From positions 1,760,001 to 1,824,000 of the forward strand of contig OZ255726.1 in NCBI GenBank assembly GCA_965277405.1: 64,000 bases of DNA, read 5' to 3'. This stretch comes from Gammaproteobacteria bacterium (lineage in GTDB: Bacteria; Pseudomonadota; Gammaproteobacteria; G965277405). Made by a program: the position numbers and the translations under genes. Shown here in pieces: positions 1 to 10,909 of this stretch (the stretch's first letter is position 1; each line of letters begins with the position of its first letter). A model generated the notes under the pieces. It searched no databases. It was given only the letters and a program-made list of their open reading frames with translations, and had not been told where the DNA came from.

Positions 1-1
1 T

Positions 2-109
2 TTTGTCAGCGTCAACGATATTATTGCGTGGAACCCAACCGTGTTAAAACGCAGACTGCAGCGTGGCGACAAATTATCTTTGCAAGTTGATATCACGCGG
101 GTGCATTGA
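2..109 (+). CDS. 3' end of a LysM-domain protein (MltD-like lytic transglycosylase), entering from the window edge
   Basis: Frame 2 reads FVSVNDIIAWNPTVLKRRLQRGDKLSLQVDITRVH-stop, a typical C-terminal LysM pattern (WN...L..G.KL). Not in the ORF track. Confidence 0.6.
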   Translation, partial: FVSVNDIIAWNPTVLKRRLQRGDKLSLQVDITRVH

Positions 110-791
110 CAAGACAGCAACTATTGTGATGCACCAGCTCTTGCAGCTTTCCATATATAATAGCCGTATTTTTACAAATGCTATTTTGCATTCCATATAT
201 CAGCGCTGCATTTTGCATGTGCATATTTTGATTTTGCTATTTAGTATGCATTATTGTAAATGTAAACAGTGTAAACGGTAATGGGCTTGACTGCTTGGCT
301 GCATGACAGTGTTCAAGTCCAATCATTAAAATTAGCATATTGATTGTAGAAATTACAGCCTAAATGCCAAAACTAACCATCAAAAAATAGTATTTGCATT
401 GCAATTCGTCAGTGTTAGCTAAATCTGTGTAAATGTAGCATTTTATTATTATTATTAAATGTAATCAGTGTTAAGATGGCAGTGGATAAGTGCACTTAAT
501 GTGCGCTGTATGTGTATTATAGCATACTTACAATAATCTGCTAAAGTGGCGCTGCGCTCAGCTAGGTGTATTGGTCAGGTGTATGGTTATTTCACATTGG
601 CTGAGGGTGGTTAGCGTAGACTGGTAGTAAAAAATCAATGTGTTGCTCTTGCGCTTGAAAATGGTGTAAGACAAAAGAATGTATGCCAAATAGTCATCGT
701 TTTGTATATACATACCATGAATGAACAGCAGAATGCTGTGTTGACTGCTTGATGATGATTAAGTGCGGGCATTGTAAAGGTTGTTTATTAC

Positions 792-1589
792 ATGAAAATG
801 GGGAAAAGCAAACATCATAAAATAGTAATTGCGCTCATAGCCAGCGTTATTTCTCCATCTGTTATGTCTGAAACAAGCTTTTTTATTGGAGGTGGCTATG
901 CGCTGCCTGTTTTCGCCTATCGCTTGAAGTCAACCAAAATCATTGGAGATGAAGGTACACCAGGCACGGGAATTTCAGCAGAAAAACCAATAATTGTCAC
1001 TACAGCAACAAAACACTCTGGGTTGAAAATCTTTGGTGGGGCTATTGTTGATGGGATACATAGAGTTGGTTTATCTTATCAACTTCTATCAGAAGAAGCA
1101 ATGCTAAGGACCGGGGAAGATGAAACGCAAGGAAAAGGAAATGTCTTTGCTGTGAACTATGACTATCTCTTTTCTTCAGGTTGGTACGCTGGTGTGAACA
1201 TGGGCATCCTGACTTTAAGGTATACAGACTTGGATAAGTATAGTCCTCCGTTTGAGAATTTCAATAATATAGTTACTGGGGCAACGGCAACATCATCCAG
1301 CACCAAGACGTCAGGGCTGGGGTTGCGGGGAGGGTATATGTTTACATTGAATGAACAATCTATAATTGCAGTTTTGTTTTCCACACATCAATTTACTGTA
1401 CCAAATATATCTGGGGCGCAGAAGTATCAAACAAAAGGTGTTTGGTTTAAATCAGAATTTTCAACATTTTCAAAATATTCAGTCAAGCCAAGCACGATGC
1501 TGCTGTTGAGTTTAGAATATACGTATACTTTCAAATATAAGCATAAGTTTCTCAACTGCACTGCAAATACGCACCATAGTTGCTATTGA
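792..1589 (+). CDS. Outer-membrane beta-barrel protein of unknown family
   Basis: N-terminal signal peptide, alternating amphipathic strands (FFIGGG, HRVGLSY, VNYDYLF, WYAGVNMG, GLGLRGGYMF) and a beta-signal-like LSLEYTYTF followed by an 18-aa tail. Confidence 0.6.
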   Translation: MKMGKSKHHKIVIALIASVISPSVMSETSFFIGGGYALPVFAYRLKSTKIIGDEGTPGTGISAEKPIIVTTATKHSGLKIFGGAIVDGIHRVGLSYQLLSEEAMLRTGEDETQGKGNVFAVNYDYLFSSGWYAGVNMGILTLRYTDLDKYSPPFENFNNIVTGATATSSSTKTSGLGLRGGYMFTLNEQSIIAVLFSTHQFTVPNISGAQKYQTKGVWFKSEFSTFSKYSVKPSTMLLLSLEYTYTFKYKHKFLNCTANTHHSCY

Positions 1590-1640
1590 TATATTTCGTT
1601 GACGGCTACTGTGACTAAAATGGCAGGGCTGAGTTGTCAC

Positions 1641-1686
1641 TCGTTTTTGCTCCGTCTCGCCCATCATGGACTTAATCAGAGCTTCC
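1641..1686 (+). mobile_element. MITE right-end fragment
   Basis: CGTTTTTGCTCCGTCTCGCCCATCATGGACTTAATCAGAGCTTCC is identical to the right end of the 2714-3006 copy and is followed by CTAT. Confidence 0.85.
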
Positions 1687-1790
1687 CTATGTTACCCTTG
1701 CAATACATTGGGACAGCCATCGAGTTATGAATGTTCAATAACCTGAACAGCAGGTTGTATAATAGTAAGTCGGGTTATTGTTGTGACCTG

Positions 1791-2477
1791 TTATTTTTGT
1801 AAGCTGTTATTTTTGTAAGCTGCTGTACTGTTTGGTCCGTATGATTTAAATTTTTCAACGACACGTACTATCTCGTCAGCGGATAATATCTGTGGTTCGC
1901 CCAATTGCATGGCTACGGCGTATTGGTGAGCGAGGGTTTCGATTTCGCACGCAAGCCAAAAAGCTTTCGCCAGAGAAGTGCCACAGGCAATCATACCATG
2001 ATTGCCTAACAGACACCCCATGCGATTTTTAAGCGCGGTGACGGCATTGGCCGAAAGTTCTTTGGTGCCGAAAGTAGCGTACGGGGCACAACGGATTGTC
2101 GGACCTCCGACTGCTGCAATCATGTAGTGGACGGCGGGAATATGCTGATTAACCATAGAAAATGCGGTGCAATAAATAGGATGGGCATGGATTACTGCGG
2201 TTATATCCGACCTGGATTTAAGGATATCGAGATGAAAACGCCATTCTGATGATGGGTTGTGTGGGCCTGTTGCACCGCCGTCCATATCCATGAAGATGAT
2301 GTCCTCTGGGAGCATTGTCTTGTATGGCAGCCCTGAAGGGGTGATGAGAAATCCATCTTCCCAGCGAGCAGAGATGTTTCCTGAAGTCCCTTGATTGATA
2401 TTTTCATTATCCATAGAGATGCACGTTACAATAATTTCTTTGCGCAAAGCGTGTTGGGCATCGATCATAGCGGTCAA
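1791..2477 (-). CDS. fucA: Class II aldolase, L-fuculose-1-phosphate aldolase-like
   Basis: GTSGNIS, ITPSG, PSSEWRFH, HAHP, PAVHYMIAAVGG, CAPYATFGT and NHG motifs. Confidence 0.8.
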   Translation of the reverse strand: MTAMIDAQHALRKEIIVTCISMDNENINQGTSGNISARWEDGFLITPSGLPYKTMLPEDIIFMDMDGGATGPHNPSSEWRFHLDILKSRSDITAVIHAHPIYCTAFSMVNQHIPAVHYMIAAVGGPTIRCAPYATFGTKELSANAVTALKNRMGCLLGNHGMIACGTSLAKAFWLACEIETLAHQYAVAMQLGEPQILSADEIVRVVEKFKSYGPNSTAAYKNNSLQK

Positions 2478-2713
2478 TCCGTTGGTGGTTTAAGTAGGGT
2501 GCGCGCAGTTAGCTGATCTGTTACCACAGCGGTAATAAGACCTTGTGCAAGCACTGCCCGCAGTGCACTAACGTTGTTTGGTCCCGCTGCAATCATGATC
2601 CGCTTTTTTAGTTGGACAAATTCTTCTAGGCGTAAACCAATTACCCGTCGATTGACTGGATGATCGATCACTGTTGCATTCTTATTGATATTGTATCCGA
2701 GAAAGTTACCTAT
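2474..2713 (-). pseudogene. 5'-truncated SorC/DeoR(LsrR)-type sugar-binding transcriptional regulator
   Basis: The frame IGNFLGYNI...DHPVNRRVIGL...IAAGP...GLITAVVTDQLTA stays open up to the MITE boundary at 2713. No HTH or start codon remains. Confidence 0.75.
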
Positions 2714-3006
2714 GGAAGCTCTGATTAACTCGCTCTATCAGCGAGTTTGCTGGCAATTGCTGATGATTGCAAGGCGCAAACCGCACGCAAACCGCATGCC
2801 GTAGCATATACGCCAGGGGATGCAACACAGCAAGCGTAAGCAATTGCCGCAAACCCAAAGTATATGCAACAGCAGGACGGGAAAAAACGCTGCGCTAACG
2901 TCGTTGCAACACCCACAAGACCACCAGTTTTATCAAGTGCTGCGTCTATAGTTATCATCAGCGTTTTTGCTCCGTCTCGCCCATCATGGACTTAATCAGA
3001 GCTTCC
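2714..3006 (+). mobile_element. IS5-family-related MITE, 293 bp
   Basis: TIRs GGAAGCTCTGATTAA / TTAATCAGAGCTTCC. The flanks CTAT and ATAA do not match each other. Confidence 0.9.
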
Positions 3007-3255
3007 ATAAGGACCAACGAGGCGTTTCATCAAACAATATATCGCAGAGATGCCTGTGAGTTTCACCAGCGTACTGGTCCATTCAGTTCGAAGCGCTTTA
3101 CCGCCAGTGAGGACCTGTTCGCATCTGCAACAAGCCATGCAGGTTTGATCGCTGCTATCTTTGCCGAGAACTCTGCCACAGCGACAAACGGTATGCGCGA
3201 CCATATGACCGCGAGCTTCTTGCAAGTATTGTCAAGCTCAGCTGGACTGGAGTGA
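3007..3255 (+). pseudogene. 5'-truncated GntR-family regulator (FCD domain C-terminus)
   Basis: NEAFHQTIY...H..LIAAI...A...MRDHM pattern of an FCD domain, starting abruptly at the MITE end. Confidence 0.65.
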
Positions 3256-3329
3256 ACGAGTTTTTGCCTTGATTCCATCTCAAAATTAGCTATTGTTTCA
3301 CGCCACAGCAATTGAGTATGGAGAGCGTC

Positions 3330-4262
3330 ATGGGCGTAAATAAAACTAGAATATACCCGATTAACACCGGGTGGCTTCACGGCGATCTGGGTACCTACAT
3401 TTTTTGGAAGGGTCCTGCTGGAAAAAAGAAATGGCAGCCTGTTTTCTGCCATTACGTCGATACAGGTGAGCACAAGATTTTGATTGATACTGGGTTGTGT
3501 GATGCTGAGAGGGCCTCCAAGTATCACCACAACTGCGACAAGCGCGGCTGCCTAGAAGTGCATGTGCATTTGCAGGAGGTTCTCGGAGTTGATCCCACTG
3601 AGATCGACGCGATTGTGTTTACGCACTTGCACTGGGACCATGTGCAGAACATGAAAGAGTTTCCCAACGCGCGCTACATCGCACCCAAAGCGGAAATTGA
3701 AATGGCCAACAATCCGCTGCCTCTGTATTACCGCACATATGAATGCGGTATTCTGGGGATCGAACCTGCCTATGCTGGTTGCGTGATCGAAGCCGTTGCA
3801 AATGAATGCGAAATTTTGCCGGGAGTTACCATGTTCCACACGCCTGGCCACTCTGTTGGGCATATGGCTGTGAGCGTTGAGACATCTGCCGGAGATATCG
3901 TGATCTGCGGGGATGCAATATTCGAAGAGCGCAATCTGCAGCCGAACCCTGCTGAAAAGTGGCGCTACTGGGTGCCCGCGCGGTTCGTGAATAGCTATGA
4001 AGGCTGGAAGTCGGTCGAGGAAATCGACAAGCGTGCCGACTACGTGCTGCCATGTCACGACTATGATGCGAACGCACGATCTGATGTGTTTCCCTATCAG
4101 GGTATGCCTATTCGCAAGCGGCGTCAGGTGATCCCCGGGTATCAATTCTATTTCGGTGATATGCCCGCTGGTACCGTTCGCAAGGCCGCGCCAGCGATGC
4201 AGCTGGACGAGGTTGCCGCATATATTGCCGGGCTCAAGCGACCTATGGATATGGAAGATTAA
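3330..4262 (+). CDS. Metallo-beta-lactamase-fold hydrolase, N-acyl-homoserine-lactonase-like family
   Basis: ILIDTG, THLHWDH, TPGHS, GDA and PCHD metal ligands. A GGAG RBS precedes the ATG at 3330. Confidence 0.85.
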   Translation: MGVNKTRIYPINTGWLHGDLGTYIFWKGPAGKKKWQPVFCHYVDTGEHKILIDTGLCDAERASKYHHNCDKRGCLEVHVHLQEVLGVDPTEIDAIVFTHLHWDHVQNMKEFPNARYIAPKAEIEMANNPLPLYYRTYECGILGIEPAYAGCVIEAVANECEILPGVTMFHTPGHSVGHMAVSVETSAGDIVICGDAIFEERNLQPNPAEKWRYWVPARFVNSYEGWKSVEEIDKRADYVLPCHDYDANARSDVFPYQGMPIRKRRQVIPGYQFYFGDMPAGTVRKAAPAMQLDEVAAYIAGLKRPMDMED

Positions 4263-4284
4263 ACTGTTATGTCCGTGGCGCTAA

Positions 4285-4582
4285 GGAACCTCTGCTTAAG
4301 TAGCTGATGGAGCGAGTTTGATGGTAATTGCTGATGCTTGCAAGGCGCAAACCGCTGAGCGTACGACCTAGCTATACGCCACGGGATGCAATACAGCCAG
4401 CGTCAGCAATTGCCGCAAACCCAAAGTATATGCAACAGCAGGACGGAGAAAAAATCGGTACTAACGTCGTTGCAGCACTTGGCAACACCCACAAGACTAC
4501 CAGTATTATCGGCGCACTGCGTCTGGTTATCATCGAGCGTTTTTTCTCCGTCTCGCCCGTCATGGAATTAATCAGAGTTTCC
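4285..4582 (+). mobile_element. IS5-family-related MITE, 298 bp
   Basis: TIRs GGAACCTCTGCTTAA / TTAATCAGAGTTTCC, with a CTAA direct repeat at 4281-4284 and 4583-4586. Confidence 0.92.
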
Positions 4583-4615
4583 CTAAACAGCCTTGTTCAG
4601 CGCACGGCAGGCGGT

Positions 4616-5290
4616 TTAAGCGCCTAGCGCCGCTGCCTTTGATTGTTGCGGGGTTCCCAACTGCGGTCCGTCCGGCGGCGTCTTGCCGTGTGCTGCGCAA
4701 AGAGTATCGCGCACAAAGGCGATATGGGCGGTTTCTTCGATGATTTCGGCTAGGTATTGCGCTGCCATGAGTGTTGTGCCGACACCAACTGTGCCGTGAT
4801 TGGCAAGGACGGCGGCGCGGATATTTGGGTCGACGAATACTGGGCTGATTTCCTGCTCGGTTTGCGGTCCGCCAGCAGGTGACAGTGGAATAAGCGGCAT
4901 TCTTCCAATTTTTTCAATAGTTTGCACCGTCAAGCAAGGAATCTCCAACCCGGCGCTCGCGTAACCCGTCGCCCAAGGTGAATGGCAATGCACAATGGCG
5001 TTGATGTCTGCGCGAATGCGGTACAGGTCCAAGTGAAAATCCAGGTCCTTCGATGGCTTCAGGTCCAGTGCGGACGGCAAAATTGTGCCGTCGAGCATCA
5101 CAACCTGCAGGTTTTCTCGCGTACATTCGTTGTAACCAACGCCCGACGGCTTGATGACGATTGCGTCGCGGCTGTGCAGCCGGACCGAGAGATTTCCCCC
5201 GGCATTCGTTTGCAATTTGAGTCCAAAACAGCGTTGCGCAATTGCGATCAGCTGATCTTTGTGGGCGTTGATGTCGTCGATTTCTGGCAT
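4616..5290 (-). CDS. Class II aldolase/adducin family protein (AraD/FucA-like)
   Basis: GGNLS, IKPSG, KPSKDLDFH, HCHSP and NHG motifs. Confidence 0.85.
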   Translation of the reverse strand: MPEIDDINAHKDQLIAIAQRCFGLKLQTNAGGNLSVRLHSRDAIVIKPSGVGYNECTRENLQVVMLDGTILPSALDLKPSKDLDFHLDLYRIRADINAIVHCHSPWATGYASAGLEIPCLTVQTIEKIGRMPLIPLSPAGGPQTEQEISPVFVDPNIRAAVLANHGTVGVGTTLMAAQYLAEIIEETAHIAFVRDTLCAAHGKTPPDGPQLGTPQQSKAAALGA

Positions 5291-5301
5291 GGGTTCAATC
5301 T

Positions 5302-6429
5302 CTAGATATGGGGTCTGATAATCTCGATGACGCGAGTGGTCGTGGTAGCATCATTGATATGTCCGGGGAGCGCTTCGACCTTAAAAGTTTTGGCGCGTGC
5401 GGTTAGGGTGTCCAGGCAGATCTGACGCAATTGCGGGTCTTCGATCTCGCCACCTTGGCAGTCACGATGCGAAAAACCGCCCATGGGTACGACAACATGT
5501 GTAGGTGCAGTAGCCTTGTTCAGTTCACCTGCCAGCCAATTCGCAGTAGTAGTCATTTGCTCCGGGGTCAGTTTGACATGGGTAAAGAGCCCAGAGTGCT
5601 GAAAGTGAGGGCTGGCGCGTTGTACTGCGGTCAACGTATGTATTGGACCGAGACCGAGAAAGTTCAAACCGCCCGGTAGGACCACCCGTGGAATGTTCGC
5701 GGCGGCGGTGAAACGTGTTGGCATCGCAACATGATCCCCCTCGAAGAGAATTCGGGTGGCTTCATGGGTGGTCATATCGATGGCTGCGCTGAACGCACCT
5801 GCGGCTGTAAAACGTGCAAACGCCGCGCCGCCGAACCCATTGGCATGAAAGACCGTGGGTTCTTGCCCAAGCTTTCGCAGACCTGATACCAAACCATCAA
5901 GGGCACCGCCGGTCGCGCTCAAGGCGGTAATGCCAATCGTAGGTTCTGGCACAAAGCTAGCATTGTCGACAGAGCACAACCCCGCAACCAGCGCCGCCGT
6001 TTGCGACAGAACCTGGCGCAGAAACGGGTTCAGGCCAGCGATATCTGTGATTGAAGGGACGAGTATGATCGAGTTGTCAGCCACAGCGGGGCGGGGGTCG
6101 AACGGCATGGGTGTGACCAACACTTTAGGAAAGTGGTACGGCAATGCGCGCATGACACGCAATATTATGTCGCCACTCGTTCCACCGCCCAAGGCAACGA
6201 CGGCATGCATGCCCTCTTGGATACGTCGAGAAACTTCGGCACCTTTGTCGCCTGCGATTGCGGCGATCCGTGCCGATTTTTCAACGCCACCCCAGATAGC
6301 TCCATCTGAATCAAGCGAAACATCGATAATTTCTGTGTCTACACCATTTGCTGCGAGCGCATCTTTTAGGAACCCAGTTTCTTCTGCTTTGGTATCCATT
6401 GTTGCCAGCAGCAAACCCGAATTGACCAT
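5302..6429 (-). CDS. UPF0261 / Tm-1-like ATP-binding domain protein
   Basis: ATMDTKAEE, LGGGTS, ALPYHFPKVLVT, DIAGLN, VFHANGFGG, DMTTHE and PMGGFS motifs. Confidence 0.85.
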   Translation of the reverse strand: MVNSGLLLATMDTKAEETGFLKDALAANGVDTEIIDVSLDSDGAIWGGVEKSARIAAIAGDKGAEVSRRIQEGMHAVVALGGGTSGDIILRVMRALPYHFPKVLVTPMPFDPRPAVADNSIILVPSITDIAGLNPFLRQVLSQTAALVAGLCSVDNASFVPEPTIGITALSATGGALDGLVSGLRKLGQEPTVFHANGFGGAAFARFTAAGAFSAAIDMTTHEATRILFEGDHVAMPTRFTAAANIPRVVLPGGLNFLGLGPIHTLTAVQRASPHFQHSGLFTHVKLTPEQMTTTANWLAGELNKATAPTHVVVPMGGFSHRDCQGGEIEDPQLRQICLDTLTARAKTFKVEALPGHINDATTTTRVIEIIRPHI

Positions 6430-6435
6430 CCGTGT

Positions 6436-7365
6436 CTACCCCTTAACCGCGCCAGCGGTCATGCCGCTGATGATTTGCCGAGACGCGAACAATGTGAATA
6501 TGATTGGCGGGATGGCGAGCAGCATGCCTGTGGCCATGATGACGCCCCATTCGATATTGAATTCGCTAACGTTGTTGACAATCAGAATAGGCACAGTTTT
6601 AGTGCTACGATCCGACAACACCGACGCCAGCAGATATTCGTTCCAGGCGATGCGAAAGGTAAAGATTGCCGCTGCGGCCAGTCCCGGTTTGATCAGTGGC
6701 AGCACAATTTGGAAGAAAACCTGAAACGGCCCCGCTCCGTCGACTCGCGCAGCCTCTTCTAGCGAACGCGGTACCTGCACGATGAAACTTTGTAAGATCC
6801 AGATCACAAATGGCAGGTTCATCGCCACGTAGATCAGAATGATCCCCGCATGGGTTCCGGCCAAACAAACATCGCCACGGCCACCGAATGCGTCACGGAT
6901 GATCTCGCCGACGAAGCTGCGTTTGTCGATGCAGAACTCGTTGTTCCACAACCCGAAAACTGGTACCATCAATACTGCGGGCGGCACCATGCGCACCAGC
7001 AATGTGGTTAGGGATGCGGTATCTCGTCCCATGAAGCGAAATCGTACCAGCGCATAGGCAGCCATGCAGCCGATAACCAACGTCAGCGCGGTTGAAATCA
7101 TGGCAATGATGATAGAATTGATAAAGGCGCCGCCGAATTTCAGTTGGCAGAAATCAAGATGCTCGGGTTCGTACCACAAAACATCACAGAGCGCGGTTTC
7201 GTAGTTTTGGATTGTCGGCAGGAAAAGTAGCCCGCTGGTGCCAGAAATAATATCGACGTCCAATTTGAAGGAATTCACCAACATCAGCACAATTGGTCCG
7301 ACCGCCATAAAAACCAGCGCGAGCAAAAGGGCATAAAAAGAGGGGTTGGGACGGGCGTCTTGCAT
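6436..7365 (-). CDS. Carbohydrate ABC transporter permease (MalG-like)
   Basis: EEAARVDGA EAA motif, WNEYL and the terminal GMTAGAVKG. Confidence 0.9.
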   Translation of the reverse strand: MQDARPNPSFYALLLALVFMAVGPIVLMLVNSFKLDVDIISGTSGLLFLPTIQNYETALCDVLWYEPEHLDFCQLKFGGAFINSIIIAMISTALTLVIGCMAAYALVRFRFMGRDTASLTTLLVRMVPPAVLMVPVFGLWNNEFCIDKRSFVGEIIRDAFGGRGDVCLAGTHAGIILIYVAMNLPFVIWILQSFIVQVPRSLEEAARVDGAGPFQVFFQIVLPLIKPGLAAAAIFTFRIAWNEYLLASVLSDRSTKTVPILIVNNVSEFNIEWGVIMATGMLLAIPPIIFTLFASRQIISGMTAGAVKG

Positions 7366-7371
7366 GGACCC

Positions 7372-8328
7372 TCAAGCCTCTTCTTGTACGCGGCGCGCAG
7401 CGCGTTGTGTGCGCAATTCCTGAATACGTGTGCACCCAAACATCGCCAAAGTAAGCACAAACAGCAGGATCAGCAGATAGTTTGACATTGCCGCGGCAAC
7501 ACCGAGTTCGCGGAATTCGGTTGCTGTACGCGAGATTCGCAGTGCAACGATTTCGGTCGACAATCCCGGTCCGCCTTCGGTCATTACTAGGATAACTTCA
7601 AGGACTTTGAAAGCATCGATTAACCTGAGAAGCGCTGTGACGATTAGCACCGGCATCATCAGCGGGAGTTTGATGAACCAGATTTGTTGCCAGTCCGTGG
7701 CCCCATCAATCCGCGCGGCTTCAAGTGCAGAGCGGGGCAGGGATTGCAGCGCGGCAAGCGAAAGAATGAAGATAAAAGGTGTCCACTGCCAAATATCGGC
7801 GATGATGATACTGACCAACGGGTTGCGTCCGAGCCAGTCGATGCCATCAATCCCTATGGACTCAAGCCACCGGTTAAACGTCCCTATTGTCGGGTGATAC
7901 ATATAGCGCCACATCAAGCCAACGACCACCGGTGCAATCATCATTGGTAGAATGAACAGGGTGCGCAGGACAGACATCCCACGGATGTTACGATCGAGCA
8001 ACAGCGCGAGTCCGACGCCAAAAACCATTTCGATCGAGACCACAGCCGCTGCGAAACGCAACGTCACGCCGAGGCTTTCGCGGAACGCTTCGTCATTCCA
8101 CAAAAAAATGTAGTTCTTTAATCCAACAAACTCGGTTTCGCCAAGGGCCTGTGCTGGGTTCCACGCTCGAAAACTTCCGTAGGTCATGTATCCCAGTGGG
8201 TAAAGCAATGCGATAATCATGATGACCGCAGCTGGCGCCAAGAAAAGATAAGGGGTTAAACGGTTCGCGGATATAATAAGGTGAGCCGATTCGTTATTTT
8301 TTGGGTTATGTCGCCGCCTCCGAACCAA
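7372..8328 (-). CDS. Carbohydrate ABC transporter permease (MalF-like); start uncertain
   Basis: FVGLKNY, LPMMIAPVVVG, WQWTPF and EAARIDGA. The ORF-track TTG start lies inside an intercistronic hairpin, so the true start may be near 8274. Confidence 0.88.
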   Translation of the reverse strand: MVRRRRHNPKNNESAHLIISANRLTPYLFLAPAAVIMIIALLYPLGYMTYGSFRAWNPAQALGETEFVGLKNYIFLWNDEAFRESLGVTLRFAAAVVSIEMVFGVGLALLLDRNIRGMSVLRTLFILPMMIAPVVVGLMWRYMYHPTIGTFNRWLESIGIDGIDWLGRNPLVSIIIADIWQWTPFIFILSLAALQSLPRSALEAARIDGATDWQQIWFIKLPLMMPVLIVTALLRLIDAFKVLEVILVMTEGGPGLSTEIVALRISRTATEFRELGVAAAMSNYLLILLFVLTLAMFGCTRIQELRTQRAARRVQEEA

Positions 8329-8340
8329 TCCGCAGGCGGC
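8313..8340 (-). terminator. Intercistronic stem-loop after the solute-binding protein gene
   Basis: GCCGCCT (8313-8319) / AGGCGGC (8334-8340) stem with no U-tract. This position is typical of mRNA-stabilising hairpins in ABC operons. Confidence 0.5.
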
Positions 8341-8358
8341 TGTTTTACAAAATGTCGA

Positions 8359-9684
8359 TCACTGCCAGGTGTAGTATCCGGCTTCGTCCATGATCGCCCT
8401 TGCCCGCTCGGCCACGCCATCCAGTGCTTCTTGCGGGTCAAGACCCTCGGTAAGCACTTTCGATATTGTGGTGCCGATATCAGCGTTGATCTTGCCCCAA
8501 ACTGGGATAATCGGACGCCAGTCAGGGTCGGCGTATTTCAAAGCTTCACCAAATGTCTCGGCAAAGGGGTATTTGGCTCGCACGTCTGGATCCGCATAGG
8601 TCGAGAACCGAGATGGGTTACCGCCAGCCATTGCAATCAGTTTGTCGCCTTTCTTCGAGGTCATCCACTGCATTAGCAGAAATGCTGCTTCTTTGTGCTC
8701 AGCATTTTTCGGTATGGCGATGCCAAATCCTCCTGTCTGGCTGGCACGGCGAACGCCCATAGGATGCAGCGCATACCCGACTTTGCCAACAACCTTGCTC
8801 TTATCGGGATTTTCGAACCCCGGGGCAAACGCGATGCTGTCCAAAAACATGGCCGACTGTCCAGACGCGAACGATGCAGCGGCTTCGGACGGACCAAAGG
8901 CCATTGCGCCTTCGGGTCCGCAATCAACGATCGTTTTAAGCGCGTTGGCGGCGGCGACACCTGCGGCACTGTTGATCACAGGGTTCCAGTTGTCGTCAAA
9001 AACCTTGCCGCCCAATGGTGCCAGGTGCAACAAGAATGCGTGGCTCGCTTGGTGGCCTGATGCCGCACGCGAAGCCATGCCGCCCATGCCAGGTTCGAGT
9101 TTCGGGATCTCGCAGGCAGCATCCAGCAATTCGTCATAGGTTTCAGGGACCTTGATTCCGTGCTTGGCAAAAATGTCTTTACGATACATCAGGACCGAAG
9201 TCTCGGAGCCAGAGGGCAGTCCAAACAGTGACCCGGTCGGACCAGGCAGATAGCCTTTGGCGCCGCCAGCGACGCCGATATTCTGCACGTAGCCGTCAAT
9301 CAGATCTGTGGCGTCATAGTTGGGGTCGGCCAACCTTGGATTCATGAAATAGCGCGCCAGGTTTTCAAGCTGATCGGCGTAGACATAATCCGCTTTGGAG
9401 AATACAACATATGCAATCAGATCATATTCGCCTTCATCCTGGGCAAGCTCCAGCGTTTGCCGCTCGCGCATTTTGAGGTAAGGTAGTTGGTCAACTTCGA
9501 CTTTAATACCCGTCTCCTTGGTGAATTCAGGCAACACCTTAACGACCGAGTTGTAGTGTGGGAATGCTGGAAAATTTACGACTAGCGTTGTACCTGCGTA
9601 GTCCTCATATGGATTGGCAAAGGCGGATGTTGCCATTGCCATGGCACAAATGGCTGCCAGTACCTGCGGTTTTAGTGAATGCAT
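8359..9684 (-). CDS. Sugar ABC transporter solute-binding protein (family 1)
   Basis: Signal peptide ending AFA, FTKETGIKV, MYRKDIF, VPETYDEL and GGFGIAI. Confidence 0.9.
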   Translation of the reverse strand: MHSLKPQVLAAICAMAMATSAFANPYEDYAGTTLVVNFPAFPHYNSVVKVLPEFTKETGIKVEVDQLPYLKMRERQTLELAQDEGEYDLIAYVVFSKADYVYADQLENLARYFMNPRLADPNYDATDLIDGYVQNIGVAGGAKGYLPGPTGSLFGLPSGSETSVLMYRKDIFAKHGIKVPETYDELLDAACEIPKLEPGMGGMASRAASGHQASHAFLLHLAPLGGKVFDDNWNPVINSAAGVAAANALKTIVDCGPEGAMAFGPSEAAASFASGQSAMFLDSIAFAPGFENPDKSKVVGKVGYALHPMGVRRASQTGGFGIAIPKNAEHKEAAFLLMQWMTSKKGDKLIAMAGGNPSRFSTYADPDVRAKYPFAETFGEALKYADPDWRPIIPVWGKINADIGTTISKVLTEGLDPQEALDGVAERARAIMDEAGYYTWQ

Positions 9685-9685
9685 A

Positions 9686-10798
<1,113 letters not shown>

Positions 10799-10839
10799 TT
10801 TCCCCCTTTTTTTCCTGTACCTTCAAAAATCTCTTACAA

Positions 10840-10867
10840 ATGCTACAAGAAAAGAAATATATTGCAA
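10840..10867 (-). promoter_or_regulatory. Candidate sigma70 promoter for the sugar ABC operon
   Basis: Minus strand TTGCAA-N16-TAGCAT, about 40 nt upstream of the ATPase ATG. It overlaps repeated TACAA half-sites. Confidence 0.35.
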
Positions 10868-10893
10868 GAAGGAAGTTGCTGATGTCGTTTTAA

Positions 10894-10909
10894 GGAAGCT
10901 ATGATTAAG
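10894..10909 (+). mobile_element. Solo IS5/MITE terminal repeat relic
   Basis: TTAA followed by GGAAGCTATGATTAAG, one mismatch from the TIR. Confidence 0.65.

Noticed and set aside
63-281. 72-aa ORF
   Set aside because: It overlaps the LysM gene end, has low-complexity AT-rich composition and has no RBS.
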